NCBI GenBank assembly: GCA_012295275.1
Contig: CM022676.1
Span: 15,066,001 to 15,130,000, forward strand
DNA length: 64,000 bases
DNA from: Chrysomallon squamiferum
Lineage: Eukaryota > Animalia > Mollusca
Reading direction: 5' to 3'
Below the pieces are notes generated by a model. The model had not been told where the DNA came from, ran no database searches, and saw nothing but the letters and a program-made list of their open reading frames with translations. Positions 38,992-53,954 of the stretch are shown here, one piece after another; within the stretch, counting starts at the first letter, position 1, and each line of letters opens with the position of its first letter. A program made the position numbers and the translations under genes.

Positions 38992-40097
38992 ATAATAATA
39001 ATAATAATAATAATAAAATTTAAATTTAAATTAAAAACAGTAAAAAGATATCACGTTATCTGTCGTGTTTTCTCTGTTTAACGAATCCATGATTTTTATA
39101 TTTCGCTCGTTGACGATGAGTGTTTGTAGTAACAGTAAGAGCGAACAAAACTAAAGTTTAATACCAGTACATAATTATTTTAATATTGATAAAACATTTA
39201 TTTCATTGAGCGTAAACCTAATTTTATTTTATTTTGTTATTTTAATACATTTTATTTTATCTACTTGTGTTTTATCTTACATTACATTACTTTTCTTTAC
39301 ATTATATTATGTTATATTATGTCATATTATGTTATGTCATATGATATTACAATTTTATATTAGAGTTGATCATTCAGGTTTTAGTTAATCAGATGTTAAT
39401 GGCTGAAAATGTGTTATTTTCATGTATGTGCATTTTTTAAATCTATATTGTGGCTAAACAAAAAATATTAAACTAAACAAAAATGGCAGATTTGGTATCC
39501 TTGTCATTTTGCCTTACTCCACAGCAATAAAAAACAGATTAAAACGTCGATGTTGACAAAGTAGACGTCAGATACAATGCGACTTTTATCACAAATTAAT
39601 CATCCAGAAAGTCCTTACACTGTGAAAAAAAAGGTTATGAACACAGCTGTCAAGAACATGTACCACAGAACATCATGGAGCATAGAAGCTAACGGAATAT
39701 AGAACAACATCAAACACAGAAATTTAAAAAAAAAAAAAAATAAGACTTAGAACAATGAGGAACACGGAACACGACGGAAACCTCTGATAAATAAATAAAA
39801 TTTAAATTAAAATTATTAAAAAATTATTAAAAAAAAATATCGAGGATCCAAGGATCTCCATTTTTGGGTGAAATGCGAGATGGCGACCAATCTGAAAGTG
39901 GTCACTGAAAATAAAACGACTCGCCGAGTCCAGACCTGACTTCGCTGTTGTTCTCTGGCGTTCATCAGACTCTCGGTTTCTGTACCCATTGTCGCGTTGT
40001 CGCGTTGTCGTGTTGTCGTGTTGTCGTGTTGTCTATTGACAGAGGTAACATAATAGTTTGTAAAAGTAGCTGTCTAAGCTACTTCTACAAACACACA

Positions 40098-40190
<93 letters not shown>

Positions 40191-40597
40191 ATATAGCTAT
40201 GATATATTTATTTGCCTTCTTACAATAATTCTTATTTTAATCCTAAAGAGAGTCAAGTTCTCACTGGTCAGATCCAGTCCCATGAATGTTATCGCGTTGC
40301 TAGGACTTAGACAGGCAAAGATGTATATTTATTTATTTATTTATTTATTTATTTATTGATACATTCATTCATTTTATACTCGCGGGGTTCACTAAAGACA
40401 TACACCCACTGACCAGTCATGTTAGTCAACTGGAATGAAGTCTGCTTTGTATTTGCAACGTACGAGGGTTGGTGTACCCTTAAATAAAATAAATCAGACT
40501 TACCACATATTTGAAATAGAAAATAAGTTTGAAACAATTAACTAAGTACGAGCTGATATCATACCTCTTCAAATAAATAAACAAACAAACAAACATA

Positions 40598-40676
<79 letters not shown>

Positions 40677-41534
40677 AAGGTTATAATAAATATTTATATG
40701 TATTGAAACCATAGAATTAAATAAATAAATTAATTAGCCAAAACAGGACTGAAAACCAACCGAATACCTGTCGTACTGATTTGAATATATCTTTTGAACC
40801 GCTGTACATAATTTTGTGTGTGTTTTGTTTCCTTTTGCTACAGCTTTCATTATGTGCTAATTAAAGTCAGAAAAAAATTCTCTGCCGGAGCTATATTTAT
40901 TTTACATCATAACATCATTAATTCATACAAAAAGCTGTAAGAGGCTGAGTATGCCAGCATATTACAGTAATTTACTCAGTCTGTGAGTTTTAATTTACAT
41001 TTCTCGTATTTAATGAACAATAAATCAAAATAAAATATTTTTTAACTCATCCTTTATTTACTCGCTTGTTAAAATAGTGTTATACTTTATTATTATTATT
41101 ATTAGAATAATTATAATAATAATAATAATAAATAAATAAATATAAAATAAACCAATAAATAAAAATTAAATTGTATAAATAAATACAAACATACAGAAAT
41201 AAATAAATAAATAAATAAATAAATATACAAATAAACCAATAAATAAAAATTAAATTGTATAAACAAATACAAACATACAGAAATAAAGAAATAATTAAAA
41301 TTGTAAAATATCTGTATGAAATTAATCCTAATTATTTATCCAGTAGCTATAAGCCAGGGAATGGGTTAACCAAGAATGAATAATTTATTATTAGTATTAT
41401 TATTAGTATTATTATTATCAGTATTATTATTATTATTATTATTATTATTTTGTTTTTCATTGGCTCTGAGTTGTAGGGTCACTATGAATGTTGCTACATA
41501 TACGTGCACTATGAAAAAAGTTTTCTGTTGTTCC

Positions 41535-42050
41535 TACAATGCAGAAATCTGATTGATACCTGCCCCAAATCGGGTCTGTTTGGTCATCAACCATGACCTC
41601 CGCGCACTAGATTGGAGTGGAATACTGAGTTGGATGGACAGAGAAGTGGCACATACCAAGACCCGCAAATTCATCGTATCAAGTCCTTTAAGCAAACAGT
41701 GCAACCCGATATTGTAACAGATTTCTTGGACAGGTCTCACCACCAGTGTAGGAAAATCTGCCTGACATAATTACAGAAGACATGAAGTCAAGCTTCATCT
41801 TCTCAGGACGACATCCTTGCGACTTCGTCTCAGAAGAACTGAATGGTCAGGAATGATGCAGTCAGAATGGAAGGATGATCTTCCTGGAAAATCAATTATT
41901 CTCTTCCTTCCATGAGGGATATGAATCACACCAACACGTCTTGTAGTATATTCCACTTTGTTATTCGTTGCCTCTGGAAAGAGGAATCATAGCACCGTTC
42001 AGTCCTTATCTTTCATCAACATTCATGGTTAAAACAAGCACAATAATTCA
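41535..42050 (+). mobile_element. Truncated duplicate of the decayed transposon ORF (5' part only)
   Basis: Reverse complement of ~14850-15365. Includes the WSGMMQ / PGKS region. Confidence 0.6.
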
Positions 42051-42428
42051 TACAAAATAAGTATATAGATATATAGATATATAATAATGAATTTCTATTT
42101 TTTAATGATTATTATCTTTCTGTTTGTTTCTCAGTAAGGTTGCTTCATCTTTACAAAATTATTTTTATTTCCATTAACCATCTTTACCATGAATTCAATT
42201 CTCGTCTTCTTTGTAATTTTTTCAAAGAAATATTAACTGCTGTCTATATGTTGAAATTTTTTTGTTTCTTATTTTTATTTTTTTTTTTTTTGTAAATGTT
42301 CGATAAAATAAATAAATAAATAAATAAACAAACAAAAGAACAGGAAAAACAAAAGAAAAGAAGAAATACATAAATAAAAACAAGGAAAACAACTGACATT
42401 TTGGTATCCAGTGGTTAAATAAAGTGTT

Positions 42429-42506
<78 letters not shown>

Positions 42507-42785
42507 GAATAGAAGAAATTCAAAAGACACTTTGAGATATTTATTCACAGAAACAAGGTAAGGCTATCAGTATCACAGCCAGTATTCAAGTATTAAAAGC
42601 ACATACAAGGATTTGTAAAACAAAAATTACAAATAGAAAAGAAAAATAATTATTCAGTGTGTTACAGGCTTATAGATCTGAACTATATCTGACACCCCAG
42701 CATTTAAAAAAAAATAATAATAATAATAATAATACATATAAAAATTATTGGTTGTAAATAATACAGAAATTTAATGGCATTAAGT

Positions 42786-42832
<47 letters not shown>

Positions 42833-44680
42833 CTTATTAATCTACCTGTAAATGTTGTCATTACACAAACTGTATAATTTTATACTGTTTATTGTTAATG
42901 TTTGCTGTAGGTAGCTGACCCTTCCAGCCATTTTGTGTAAGTACAGTGCAGGAAACTAACAGAAAAATAAAAACAAAATAACGAATTTTAAATAAGTAAA
43001 TAAAGTAATTAATTAATTTATTTATTTATTTATTTAAATTAGAGAATAATTTTAAATAAAAGAAGAAGAGAACAGAAAAATAAAACTACTAATTATATAA
43101 CAATGTGAAAACAAATATATAAATATAAAAACCGATACTTTCAAGTTTATTTACAAATAACAATAAAGATAATAACATTAAACACAAAATATAAAAATAA
43201 TAATAATAATAATAATAATAATAAGTGAAAAACAAAAACAGAATGTTGCAAATATTACATTAGACACTTTACATTATAAATACTACCAGAAATAATTAAT
43301 ACTTTATCACATAATTAATTTATTATAATAATTAACCACTTACTAAGTTTCATAATAAATTTTCCAGGAAAATTAGTCAAATGCTATAGGTAGTGTTATG
43401 GTTGTACATGCATGTAATAATACATAGTAATAAAGCTTAAATATTTCTGTCAAATTTAGCAATGGCTTAATTTGGTTTAGACAATAATAATTAGCAGGGA
43501 TTTAAAAATGAAAAAAATTAATAAAAAAATAGAGCAAGATAATTTAATCAAAACATATCCTGCAAAGAAAGATTTAAAATAATATTTTACGATATTACTG
43601 CCCTGTATTAATAACTGATATTATGCATCTAGATGATGATAATGATGATAAGGATGATCAAGAGGATTAAAATGGAGACTTTTACATGACAATACAGGAA
43701 GATTTTGTAGATGATAAATCAATTAATCTATAAATAAATGATGATATTGAAAAATATAAATAATAATAATAACAAAATGGTCATTTCTAACTAGATTATA
43801 AAGGCCATTATTTCTATATGGTGTAAATTCTACAAATACTGCTTACATTCATGTGTGCACTTTTGCAAATATTAAATACGTTTCTATAACACTGTTAGAA
43901 ACTGAAATATGTTTATATTATATTTTATATTATAATTATTTAAAACGATAAATTGCTAATTTCTTTTAATATACAAGTTATCTCTTTCTTGCTTATTTGG
44001 TTAGTATTCAAATTAGAGAATTTGTTAAATGTTAAAAAAATAAAGTTTAATATACATGACAGGCTGATGAAAACAGATGTGGATGACTAATCGAAGAAAT
44101 GATAAATATGTTTTAAACTAATGGATGATAAAACTGGTTAATTTTACTTATAGAAGTTGAACTTAATGAATACATGTCATGCTATAATAGACCTAGTGTA
44201 TTTTGTATATTACAGTTTTACTTGTACCAGCCTTTCCTAATAATAAAGTATAACACTATTTTAACAAGCGAGTAAATAAAGGATGAGTTACACAATATTT
44301 TATTTTTTTTTTTTATTAAATTGATTTCTATGTCATAAAATATGAGTGATATAAAAGTAAACCTCACAGACTGAGTAAATTTGTGTAATATGCTGGCATA
44401 CTCAGTCTTTTACAGCATTTTGTATGAATTAATGATGTTATGATAGAAAATAAATATAGTACCGGCAGACACATTTTTGTCTGACTTTAATTAGCACATA
44501 ATGGAAGCTGTAGCAGAAGTAAACAAAACACACACAAAATTATGACTATATCCAGCGGTTCAAAAGACATATTGAAATCAGTACGACAGGTATTTGGTTG
44601 GTTTTCAGTCCTGTTTTGGCTAATTAATTTATTTATCTAATTCTATGGTTTCAATACATATAAATATTTATTATAATCTT

Positions 44681-44731
<51 letters not shown>

Positions 44732-45026
44732 TTTGTTTATTTGTATTTGAACAGGTATGATATCAGTTCATACTGAGTTTATTCTTTCCAACTTATTTTC
44801 TTTTTCAAATACGTGGTTAGTCTGATTTATTTTATTTAAGGGTACACCAACCCTCGCACGTTGCAAATACAAAGCAGACTTCATTTCAGTTGAATAACAT
44901 GGCTGGTCAGTGGGTGTATGTCTTTAGTGAACCCCACGAGGATAAAATGAATGAATGTATCAAAAATATATAAATAAATCAATAAATAAATATACATCAT
45001 TCCGTGTCTTAGAGAGAGAGAGAGAT

Positions 45027-45102
<76 letters not shown>

Positions 45103-45430
45103 TGTGTGTGTGTGTGTGTGTGTGTCTGTGTGTTTGTGTTTTTTGTTTTGTCAATAGACAACACGAAAGTAGCTCAGACAGCTACTTTTACAAACTATTA
45201 TGTTGCCTCTGTCAATAGACAACGCGACAACACGACAACACGACAACGCGACAACACGACAACACGACAACGCGACAACGCGACAATGGGTACAGAAACC
45301 GAGAGTCTTATGAACGCCAGAGAACAACAGCGAAGTCAGGTCTGGACTCGGCGAGTCGTGTTATTTTCAGTCACCACTTTCAGACTGGTCGCCAGCTCGC
45401 ATTTCACCCAAAAATGGCGACCTTGGATCC

Positions 45431-45471
<41 letters not shown>

Positions 45472-45924
45472 TTTTTTTATATTATTTTTTTTTTATTTGT
45501 TTTTATTTAAATTTTATTTATTTATCACAGGTTTCCGTCGTGTTCCGTGTTCCTCATTGTTCTAAGTTTTATTTTTCTGTGTTTGGTGTTGTTCTATATT
45601 CCCTTAGGTTCTATGCTCCATGATGTTCTGTGCTGCATGTTCTTCACAGCTGTGTTCATAACCTTTTTTTTCTCAGTGTAAGGACTTTCTTGATGATTAA
45701 TTTGTGATAAAAGTCGCATTGTGTCTGATGTCTACTTTCTCAACATCGACGTTTTAATCTGTTTTTATTGCTGTGGAGTAATTGCCTAACAAAACTGTCG
45801 TTCTATATCCCACGTTTTCCTTTCCTTTGGGATCTCTACGTAGTTTCCCAAAACAAAACTTTCATTCATTGACAACAGTACTTTCAACCATCTCTGTGGA
45901 CCGTAAAACTACACACATCCAACG

Positions 45925-46030
<106 letters not shown>

Positions 46031-46129
46031 GTTACTTAGAGGTATTACATTTTATTTGTGGATTTATGAACGTTAAAAATGTTCAATTTGATTTTTGTTA
46101 GGTCATTGTCATGTTTGTACCTAAATTCT

Positions 46130-46255
<126 letters not shown>

Positions 46256-46795
46256 ACGTAATCTCAGTCCTAGAGGCAAAGCTGATCATCATCCGCTGCT
46301 AGCGAAATATATAATATAATATAACATAACATAATATAATATAATATAATATAATATAATATAATATAATATAATATAATATAATATAATATAAATAGAT
46401 AATGTAATATAATCTTATATGAGATGATATATGACATAACATAATATAATATAATATAATAATATAAAATATAATGTAATGAAAATTAATGTAATGTATG
46501 ATAAAACAGAAGTAGATAAAATAAAATGAAGTAAAATAATAAAATAAAATAAAATAAAATAAAATAAAATAAAATTAGGTTTACGCTCAATGAAATAAAT
46601 GTTTTATCAGTATTAAAATAATTATGTACTGGTATTAAACGTCAGTTTTGTTCGATCTGACTGTTACTGCAAACACTCATCTTCAGCGACCGAAATATAA
46701 AAATCATTGATTCGTTAAACAGAGAAAACATGACAGCTAACGTGATATCTTTTTACACTTTTTAATTTTAATTTTAATTTTATTATTATTATTAC

Positions 46796-46874
<79 letters not shown>

Positions 46875-47094
46875 TAGTTAGTTAGTTATTTTAATTTTAT
46901 TTTATTATTTCTTTACTTATTTATTTTAATTTTATTTTATTCTCTACCTCTGTTTCGCTGTCTTCTTACAATTTAACCAACACATATTCAGTGTACCACG
47001 TGCTTGATTGACATCTTCTTTTCTTCTTTCTTTTCTAAATTTCTTCTTATTATTTATACTATTATCATTATTATTATTACTACTAGTATGTTAC

Positions 47095-47125
<31 letters not shown>

Positions 47126-47239
47126 CGCAGTCGACGTACCATTTATTTATTTATTTATTTATTTATTTTTTATATATTTTGCTTGAGTTCTGAACGCAGC
47201 TGTTGAGTGCTAACTGCCAGATCGTCGCGAAAGTTGAGG

Positions 47240-48513
47240 ATGTTTCGATGGTTGAAAGGAAGGCGAAGTCAGAAGACGCCTGCTTCCAAGCCTGTGCTCT
47301 GACTGGTCGGCGCAATTCGTCCATGTCCGGCAACACGGAAACAAGTTCGAGTGGCGTGGATCTCACGTACGACTTGTCGGATTCACAGCGGTGCTGTCCA
47401 GTGGATATTAGTCATTTAAGTTCAGAAAGTTTTCCGGAAACGGGAGAACATCGACCGATGCACTGCGGAGACTACAGCTTGTTGGCGACCAGCGACACGG
47501 GCAGCGAGTATGACGTCAGCACCTCCAGCGACGGCGATCCGACGAATTACGAGTTGCAGTTAGCGAGAATTGAGCAAAACTTAGTCCACAAGTGCAAAAT
47601 AAGGGAGATAATCCAACAGGTGACGCCAGTCAACGAGGAATCTGACAGCGAATCCATGACGACTATCTCTAGTCTGTGTATGACGTCCCAGATACAAGGA
47701 TGTCACTTGGTGTCTAAAAGCTATTCCGATGACTAAGGCGCTCTGGCGGACTATTCCGAATCGGAGAACAGTAGCGGTTACTACGAGACTGAATTTCGGA
47801 TGAGCAAAACGAGGAAATGCGATCTTGTCAAACTGGCTGGCACGTGCAGGACGTGTGTCAGACACAGCCACGCGGACCAGACTCGTTACAGCGACACACC
47901 CTGTTCTCACTGTGCTTCACTTTCGTGTGCAGGCCTCAGTGAAAAGTCGAGCCGAGGTGAACAGCGGCTCAGACAAAACATTTCACGTTCGTCTCATCAC
48001 AAACAGACTGTCAGCGACTCAAACCGCTCTAAAGTTCCTCTCACAGTTTCGATCCCGAAGCACAAGCATCACAGCACTGCCGTTCCGAAAACAAAATCTC
48101 GTAGACAGGTGAGAGATTTGAACTCAGGACGGTGCAAATCTAAAACTAGTTCACTTATGACAGAAGCACACACGGACAAACACAACAGCGTGGAAGAAAA
48201 TACTTCTCTGTGCAGGCTTTCTTGTTCTGGAACTGACCTGCAGACTGATTCGATTGAACAGCTCAGTAACACGAGTAACAGAACACATACAGATCAACAG
48301 GCAACGCGCGACGCAGAAGAGTATGAATACACGCATGCGTACTCGGCAGATGTTTGCGACATCCGGACTAGAAAATCGTTCCATTCTAACAAAATTGCAA
48401 AATCTCGAAATTTCGATTCTGTCGATATCTACAAATCACGTGCTAGTAACAATCGCCTTCTGTCGGATTTAATCATCAATAATTACCATGAACGACAACT
48501 CTTGTTTGGATAA
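47240..48513 (+). pseudogene. Uncharacterised Ser-rich gene, copy 3 (pseudogene)
   Basis: About 241-nt deletion at ~47292, a GAA>TAA stop at 47734-47736, and an altered upstream acceptor (ttcttcag becomes ttgcttgag). Confidence 0.78.
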
Positions 48514-48593
48514 ATGTTATCAAATTTTTATTACGTACACATTTTTCAAAACTTTCTTACATACTTGTTCTCTTGTTATTGTGATTATTATTA

Positions 48594-48658
<65 letters not shown>

Positions 48659-49102
48659 TGTATCTAGTTAATAAATATTAAGTAAAAACGTACTTTTCTC
48701 CTTTTATCAGAAGGGATATTCGTTTATAAAGTTTAATATTTTGTTTTAATCAAGTATCTTGTATAGAGAAATGTCAATTTTTATAAAACGTCATTTATCA
48801 TCATATTACATTATTATTATTTTATCGATTGGCAACTACCGGCATCATCTACAATTATATCAGAAATTTGCAAAACATGTTTATTCATTTATTGTACTGC
48901 ATACAGTAAATACTAAAGAAAAGTATCAAAATAATTATTGTATACAATAGTACGTTTTACTAATAAAGAATGTTATACATTTTTCTTTCATTCCTACTTT
49001 TTTGTATTTGTATTCGGTAGAGAGAGAGAAAGAAAGAGAGAAAGAGAGAGATAGTGAGTGTATGAGTGTGTGTGTGTTTGTGTGTGTGAGTGTGTGTGTG
49101 TG

Positions 49103-49180
<78 letters not shown>

Positions 49181-49258
49181 ACTAGTTAGGATGCTTGACA
49201 GTCTGAACAGTAGAAAAGTTAAAACTGAATTCATTATTCAGGAACGTATTCGCACCAG

Positions 49259-49458
49259 NNNNNNNNNNNNNNNNNNNNNNNNNNNNNNNNNNNNNNNNNN
49301 NNNNNNNNNNNNNNNNNNNNNNNNNNNNNNNNNNNNNNNNNNNNNNNNNNNNNNNNNNNNNNNNNNNNNNNNNNNNNNNNNNNNNNNNNNNNNNNNNNNN
49401 NNNNNNNNNNNNNNNNNNNNNNNNNNNNNNNNNNNNNNNNNNNNNNNNNNNNNNNNNN
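49259..49458. other. Assembly gap (200 N)
   Basis: Run of N. The sequence on either side is unrelated. Confidence 0.99.
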
Positions 49459-51950
49459 ATGCAAGTACAATCAAGTGCATGAAGCAAGTAAAGCATGTTG
49501 GTTTGTACTGCGGGCACGAAATTGAGGTAGTTTGCCATGAACAAGACATCGCTGTTTGTAATGCGAAATGCCTGACCGTTTTAAAATGTGGTCATGAAAT
49601 TGAGGTGGTTTGTCATGAACGAGACAAAGCAGTTTGTAATTTAAAGTGTAGTGCCGTTTTGAAATGTGGTCATATTTGTCGTGGTAGTTGTCACGAATGT
49701 GTTCAAGGGCGACTTCACGTTGCTTGCAAGGAGAAATGCAGGGAACGTCTGCTGTGTGGACACGAATGTGTCAGTGACTGTTCTGCGTGTCCACTTTGTC
49801 CTCTGCCGTGTGAGAACAGCTGTGTCCATCTGTGCCGTGAAAGGTCATGTGGTGACCGCTGTAGAGTGTGCCGTGAAAACTGCGTCATCAGGTACAAGGG
49901 AAGGAACATTCGTAGACGATGTTGTGATGTGTGAAATGTGCCACGCTCCAATCAGCGTTGTATGTAGAACCTGTCGTGTCAGCACAGATGCAGTCTTCAC
50001 AGATGCTCGAAGACTGCGAACATATCTTTGAGGTGCAAGCTCTCGACGAGCTGATGGAGTCGAAATCCAACACAATCCAGTTGAAACGTTGTCCACGCTG
50101 CAACGTAGTCATTAGACATAGTGGAAGATATAGAGACGTCATCAAACAGACTTTACTGGACGTAGATTATATCAAGCTTGAATTAATAAAGCAGGAAAGA
50201 AAAGACTATTACGAAATACAAAGTGAGAAGCTTATGGCTCTTAACCATAACTGTTTGTACGTTTAAAACATATTTTCGTAAGATGGGGATCAGTCAACAT
50301 GATAAAGACGGGGATCCTTTCCAGACACGGATATCGAAGCACAGAAGAATATTTACGAAGCAGGAGGAATTCGATGCAGACAATGAAACGAAAAGACTGA
50401 AACTGATAATCGATCTAAAATCAGCTTCAGACGACGCCAACGAATCACAGAAAATCACAGACAATACAAATGATGTTACTGAAGTAATTAAAAAGTTCGC
50501 TATGGATGGAAATGCCTTTACTCCAGAACGTCAAGAAATAGTTCAATCGCGGGCTCCTTTCCTTCCTTCAAGTGAAATATCTCTTCGTTACATCTCCACA
50601 GACGAAATTACCATGAATTTCAGTACGGAAGGCTGGCTGAAATGTGAAGCAGGTGAGAACACTGTTTTTGTGTATCTCTGTTTTTAATTTAGAACTTATA
50701 AATGTCTGTCTCTAAATTTATATATCTAAAACAACGTCAAATGATATTTTAGTAATATCGAAATATTTTGTATTTGTTATTAAATTATTACCTTGATATA
50801 TCTCATTTTTGGCTGATTCACATATTTCCAGATCTAATTTTATTTATTTATTTACTTATTATTCAGTCATAATTTGGTGTTTATTTCTTCATATTTTTTT
50901 CACTTCTTTATTATTTTTTTGTTTTCATCATCTTTTTTTTCTGTTGTCTTCGACCTACAGCTAGTAACTTTTACATCCAATGATGGTTCAGTCCCTATAT
51001 CCAGCTATTCCATAGGATAATAAACAAAAAACAAAAAAATAAACACTATTTAAAAAACACCGTGACAGAAATCATAATTCTAGAATCATATTTGTGTTTC
51101 AGGTCATATCTATTTTGCCTATTTCGGGAAGAATGCAGAGTGCGAAATTTGTTCCAGTACAAAAAAAGATGTGACATCCTCCGAAATGACGTCCAACAGA
51201 TATTCTAAGAATAGGGCATCAGAAAGATACACTGACAGTAGGGCATCAGACAGATATACTCACAGTAGGGCATCAGACAGATACACTAACAGTAGGGCAT
51301 CAGACAGATATACTCACAGTAGGGCATCAGAAAGATACACTAACAGTAGGGCATCAGAAATATACACTAACAGTAGGGCATCAGACAGATATACTAACAG
51401 TACGGCGTCAGACAGATATACTAACAGTAGGGCGTCAGACAGATATACTAACAGTAGGGCGTCAGACAGATATACTAACAGTAGGGCATCAGACAGATAT
51501 ACTAACAGTAGGGCGTCAGACAGATATACTAACAGTAGGGCGTCAGACAGATATACTAACAGTAGGGCGTCAGACAGATATACTAACAGTAGGGCATCAG
51601 ACAGATATACTAACAGTAGGGCGTCAGACAGATATACTAACAGTAGGGCGTCAGAGAGATATACTAACAGTAGGGCGTCAGAGAGATATACTAACAGTAG
51701 GGCGTCAGAGAGATATACTAACAGTAGGGCGTCAGAGAGATATACTAACAGTAGGGCGTCAGACAGATATACTAACAGTAGGGCGTCAGACAGATATACT
51801 AACAGTAGGGCGTCAGACAGATATACTAACAGTAGGGCGTCAGAGAGATATACTAACAGTAGGGCGACAGAGAGATATACTAACAGTAGGGCGTCAGACA
51901 GATATACTAACAGTAGGGCGTCAGAGAGATATACTAACAGTAGGGCGTAA
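49459..51950 (+). pseudogene. ZNFX1: ZNFX1-like gene, 3' part: NF-X1-type zinc fingers, RING-like LEDCxHIFEV...CPxC, degenerate RZ finger and repeat tail; disrupted by frameshifts
   Basis: LKCGHICRGSCHECVQGRLHVACKEKCRERLLCGHEC...CENSCVH and LEDCEHIFEVQALDELM...IQLKRCPRCNVVIRHSGRY are characteristic ZNFX1 C-terminal motifs. A phase-1 intron at 50653-51102 (GTGAGA...tttcAG) joins EGWLKCEAG to HIYFAYFGKNAECEIC. Frame breaks occur near 49930, 50000 and 50265. Confidence 0.82.
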
Positions 51951-52870
51951 GAGAGATATACTAACAGTAGGGCGTCAGACAGATATACTAACAGTAGGGC
52001 GTACGAGAGATATACTAACAGTAGGGCGTCAGACAGATATACTAACAGTAGGGCTGTCAGACAGATATACTAACAGTAGGGCGTCAGTGAGATGTACTAA
52101 CAGTAGGGCGTCAGAGAGATATACTAACAGTAGGGCGTCAGAGAGAAATACTAACAGTAGGGCGTCAGAGAGATATACTAACAGTAGGGCGTCAGATAGA
52201 TATTCTAACACTAGGGCGTCAGAGAGATATACTAACAGTAGGGCGTCAGAGAGATATACTAACAGTAGGTCGTCAGATAGATATACTAACAGTAGGGCGT
52301 CAGTCAGATATACTAACAGTAGAGGATCAGACAGAGATATTTTCAGATGGACGTCAGACAGAGGTGGTAGCAGAAGGGTTTCAGATCGACATCTTGACAG
52401 CGAGGTGTCAGAAAACCATGCTAACAGAAAGACATCAGACAAATCTACCAACAGAAGAACGTCAGATAGAGATACCAAATAAATAGAGTCAGACAGAAAC
52501 CCAAACAGATCGACGTCGGACAAAAATAGTAACAGAAGGACGTCAGAGAGAGAGATACCAATAGTAGGGCGACAGACAAAAATAGTAAAAGAAGGACGAC
52601 AGAGAGAGATACTAATAGTAGTGCGTCATACGAAGATAGTTGCAGAAGGGCGTCAGATCGACATCCCGATAGTAAAGTATTATTCAGAACGGCATCACAG
52701 AAAGCTACTAATAGAAGGTCGTCAGCGGGAGATACCAACAGAAGAGAGTCAGACATAAATAGTAACAGATGGACGTCAGAGAAAGATAATAACAATAGGC
52801 TGGTAGATAAAGACAGTAACACAAGGACATCAGGCAAAGATACTAACAGAAGGGCATCAGATAGAGAGTC
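51198..52870 (+). repeat. 27-bp coding-frame tandem repeat (AGATATACTAACAGTAGGGCGTCAGAS = RYTNSRASD/E); ~42 regular units to ~52340, then degenerate
   Basis: Directly visible and in frame with the RZ-finger exon. Confidence 0.95.
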
Positions 52871-53954
52871 ATCTACTGTGGAGGCTGAAATCACACTTTC
52901 AGATATTCAGATGGAAAAATCACACGGAATACGTTCAGACACCCGTTATACGAGAACGGAACAAAACAAGTACATTTCGAGAATAAATCGAAAGAGCAAT
53001 AATCCCCCAAATAATTCCAAAACATACACAGAAAGAGATTTTACGAAAGCAAATACGGAGAAAGATCATCTCAAAAGAAAATTCGTGACCGTTTATCCAG
53101 GAGCAGATAAAGACAGATACAATCCTAAAACAAAGAGAGACGACTATTTTCAGAAAACAAATAAAAAGAAAAATTATCCCAGATGAATTAAAATGAGGGA
53201 TTATTCCACAGTAAAATTTCACAGCGATTATCAAGGAGAAAAGAGATTAAAGAATTATCCCATAGGAACTAAAGCCAAGGATTATATTATACCAAAAACT
53301 TGCACCTGTTATCGAGGAGAAGAGAAATTGAATGATCATCCGAAAATTACATCCGAACTGGATTATCGAGTAACGAACACAGACAGGGATTATGTCCAGG
53401 GAAACTCAGACAGTATCTCCAGACTGGATTCGCCTGATACAGATGACACTGTGACGGGACAAAGAAAAGAAGCATTTAACAGTGACAGAAGAAGTAGTCA
53501 CCAAATGAGCAGAGAAAAATAAAGAAGAAAGAAAGCAAGTAATCACAATTATCAATTTATTTTAATGTTTTCATACGTACGCATATACGCACTATATATA
53601 AAGACACAGATATACAACCACACACAAATTATAAATAAATATAATATAATATATATTCATATGCACATTTATCCATTTAATCGTAAAACTGGTACGCACA
53701 ATTAAAACAAATACAGGTTCACATATATCATAATTTACTTTGTGGTTCTCAATCAGTCAGAGTAAAAATGAATTTAAGTTGTTGGTGTTTTTTTATTATT
53801 ATTTCACAGAGTTGTTCAAAGTAAACATTTTATCAAAAAAAAAATCTCTGCCTCGCCAGTTTGTGCTTAAAACAGTCACACAACAACTGCAGAGAAGATT
53901 CAGACGAGTATGGTGATGAAGACGGTGACGATGATGCTGATTATCTAGCTGCTG

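Noticed and set aside
49110-49549. ORFs spanning the N run
   Set aside because: They are artefacts of translating through the assembly gap, and the two sides need not be adjacent.
52029-52894. Minus-strand Leu-rich ORFs (LSDALLLVY repeats) that resemble membrane or LRR proteins
   Set aside because: They are the antisense reading of the 27-bp repeat. The plus frame is the one linked to the RZ-finger exon.
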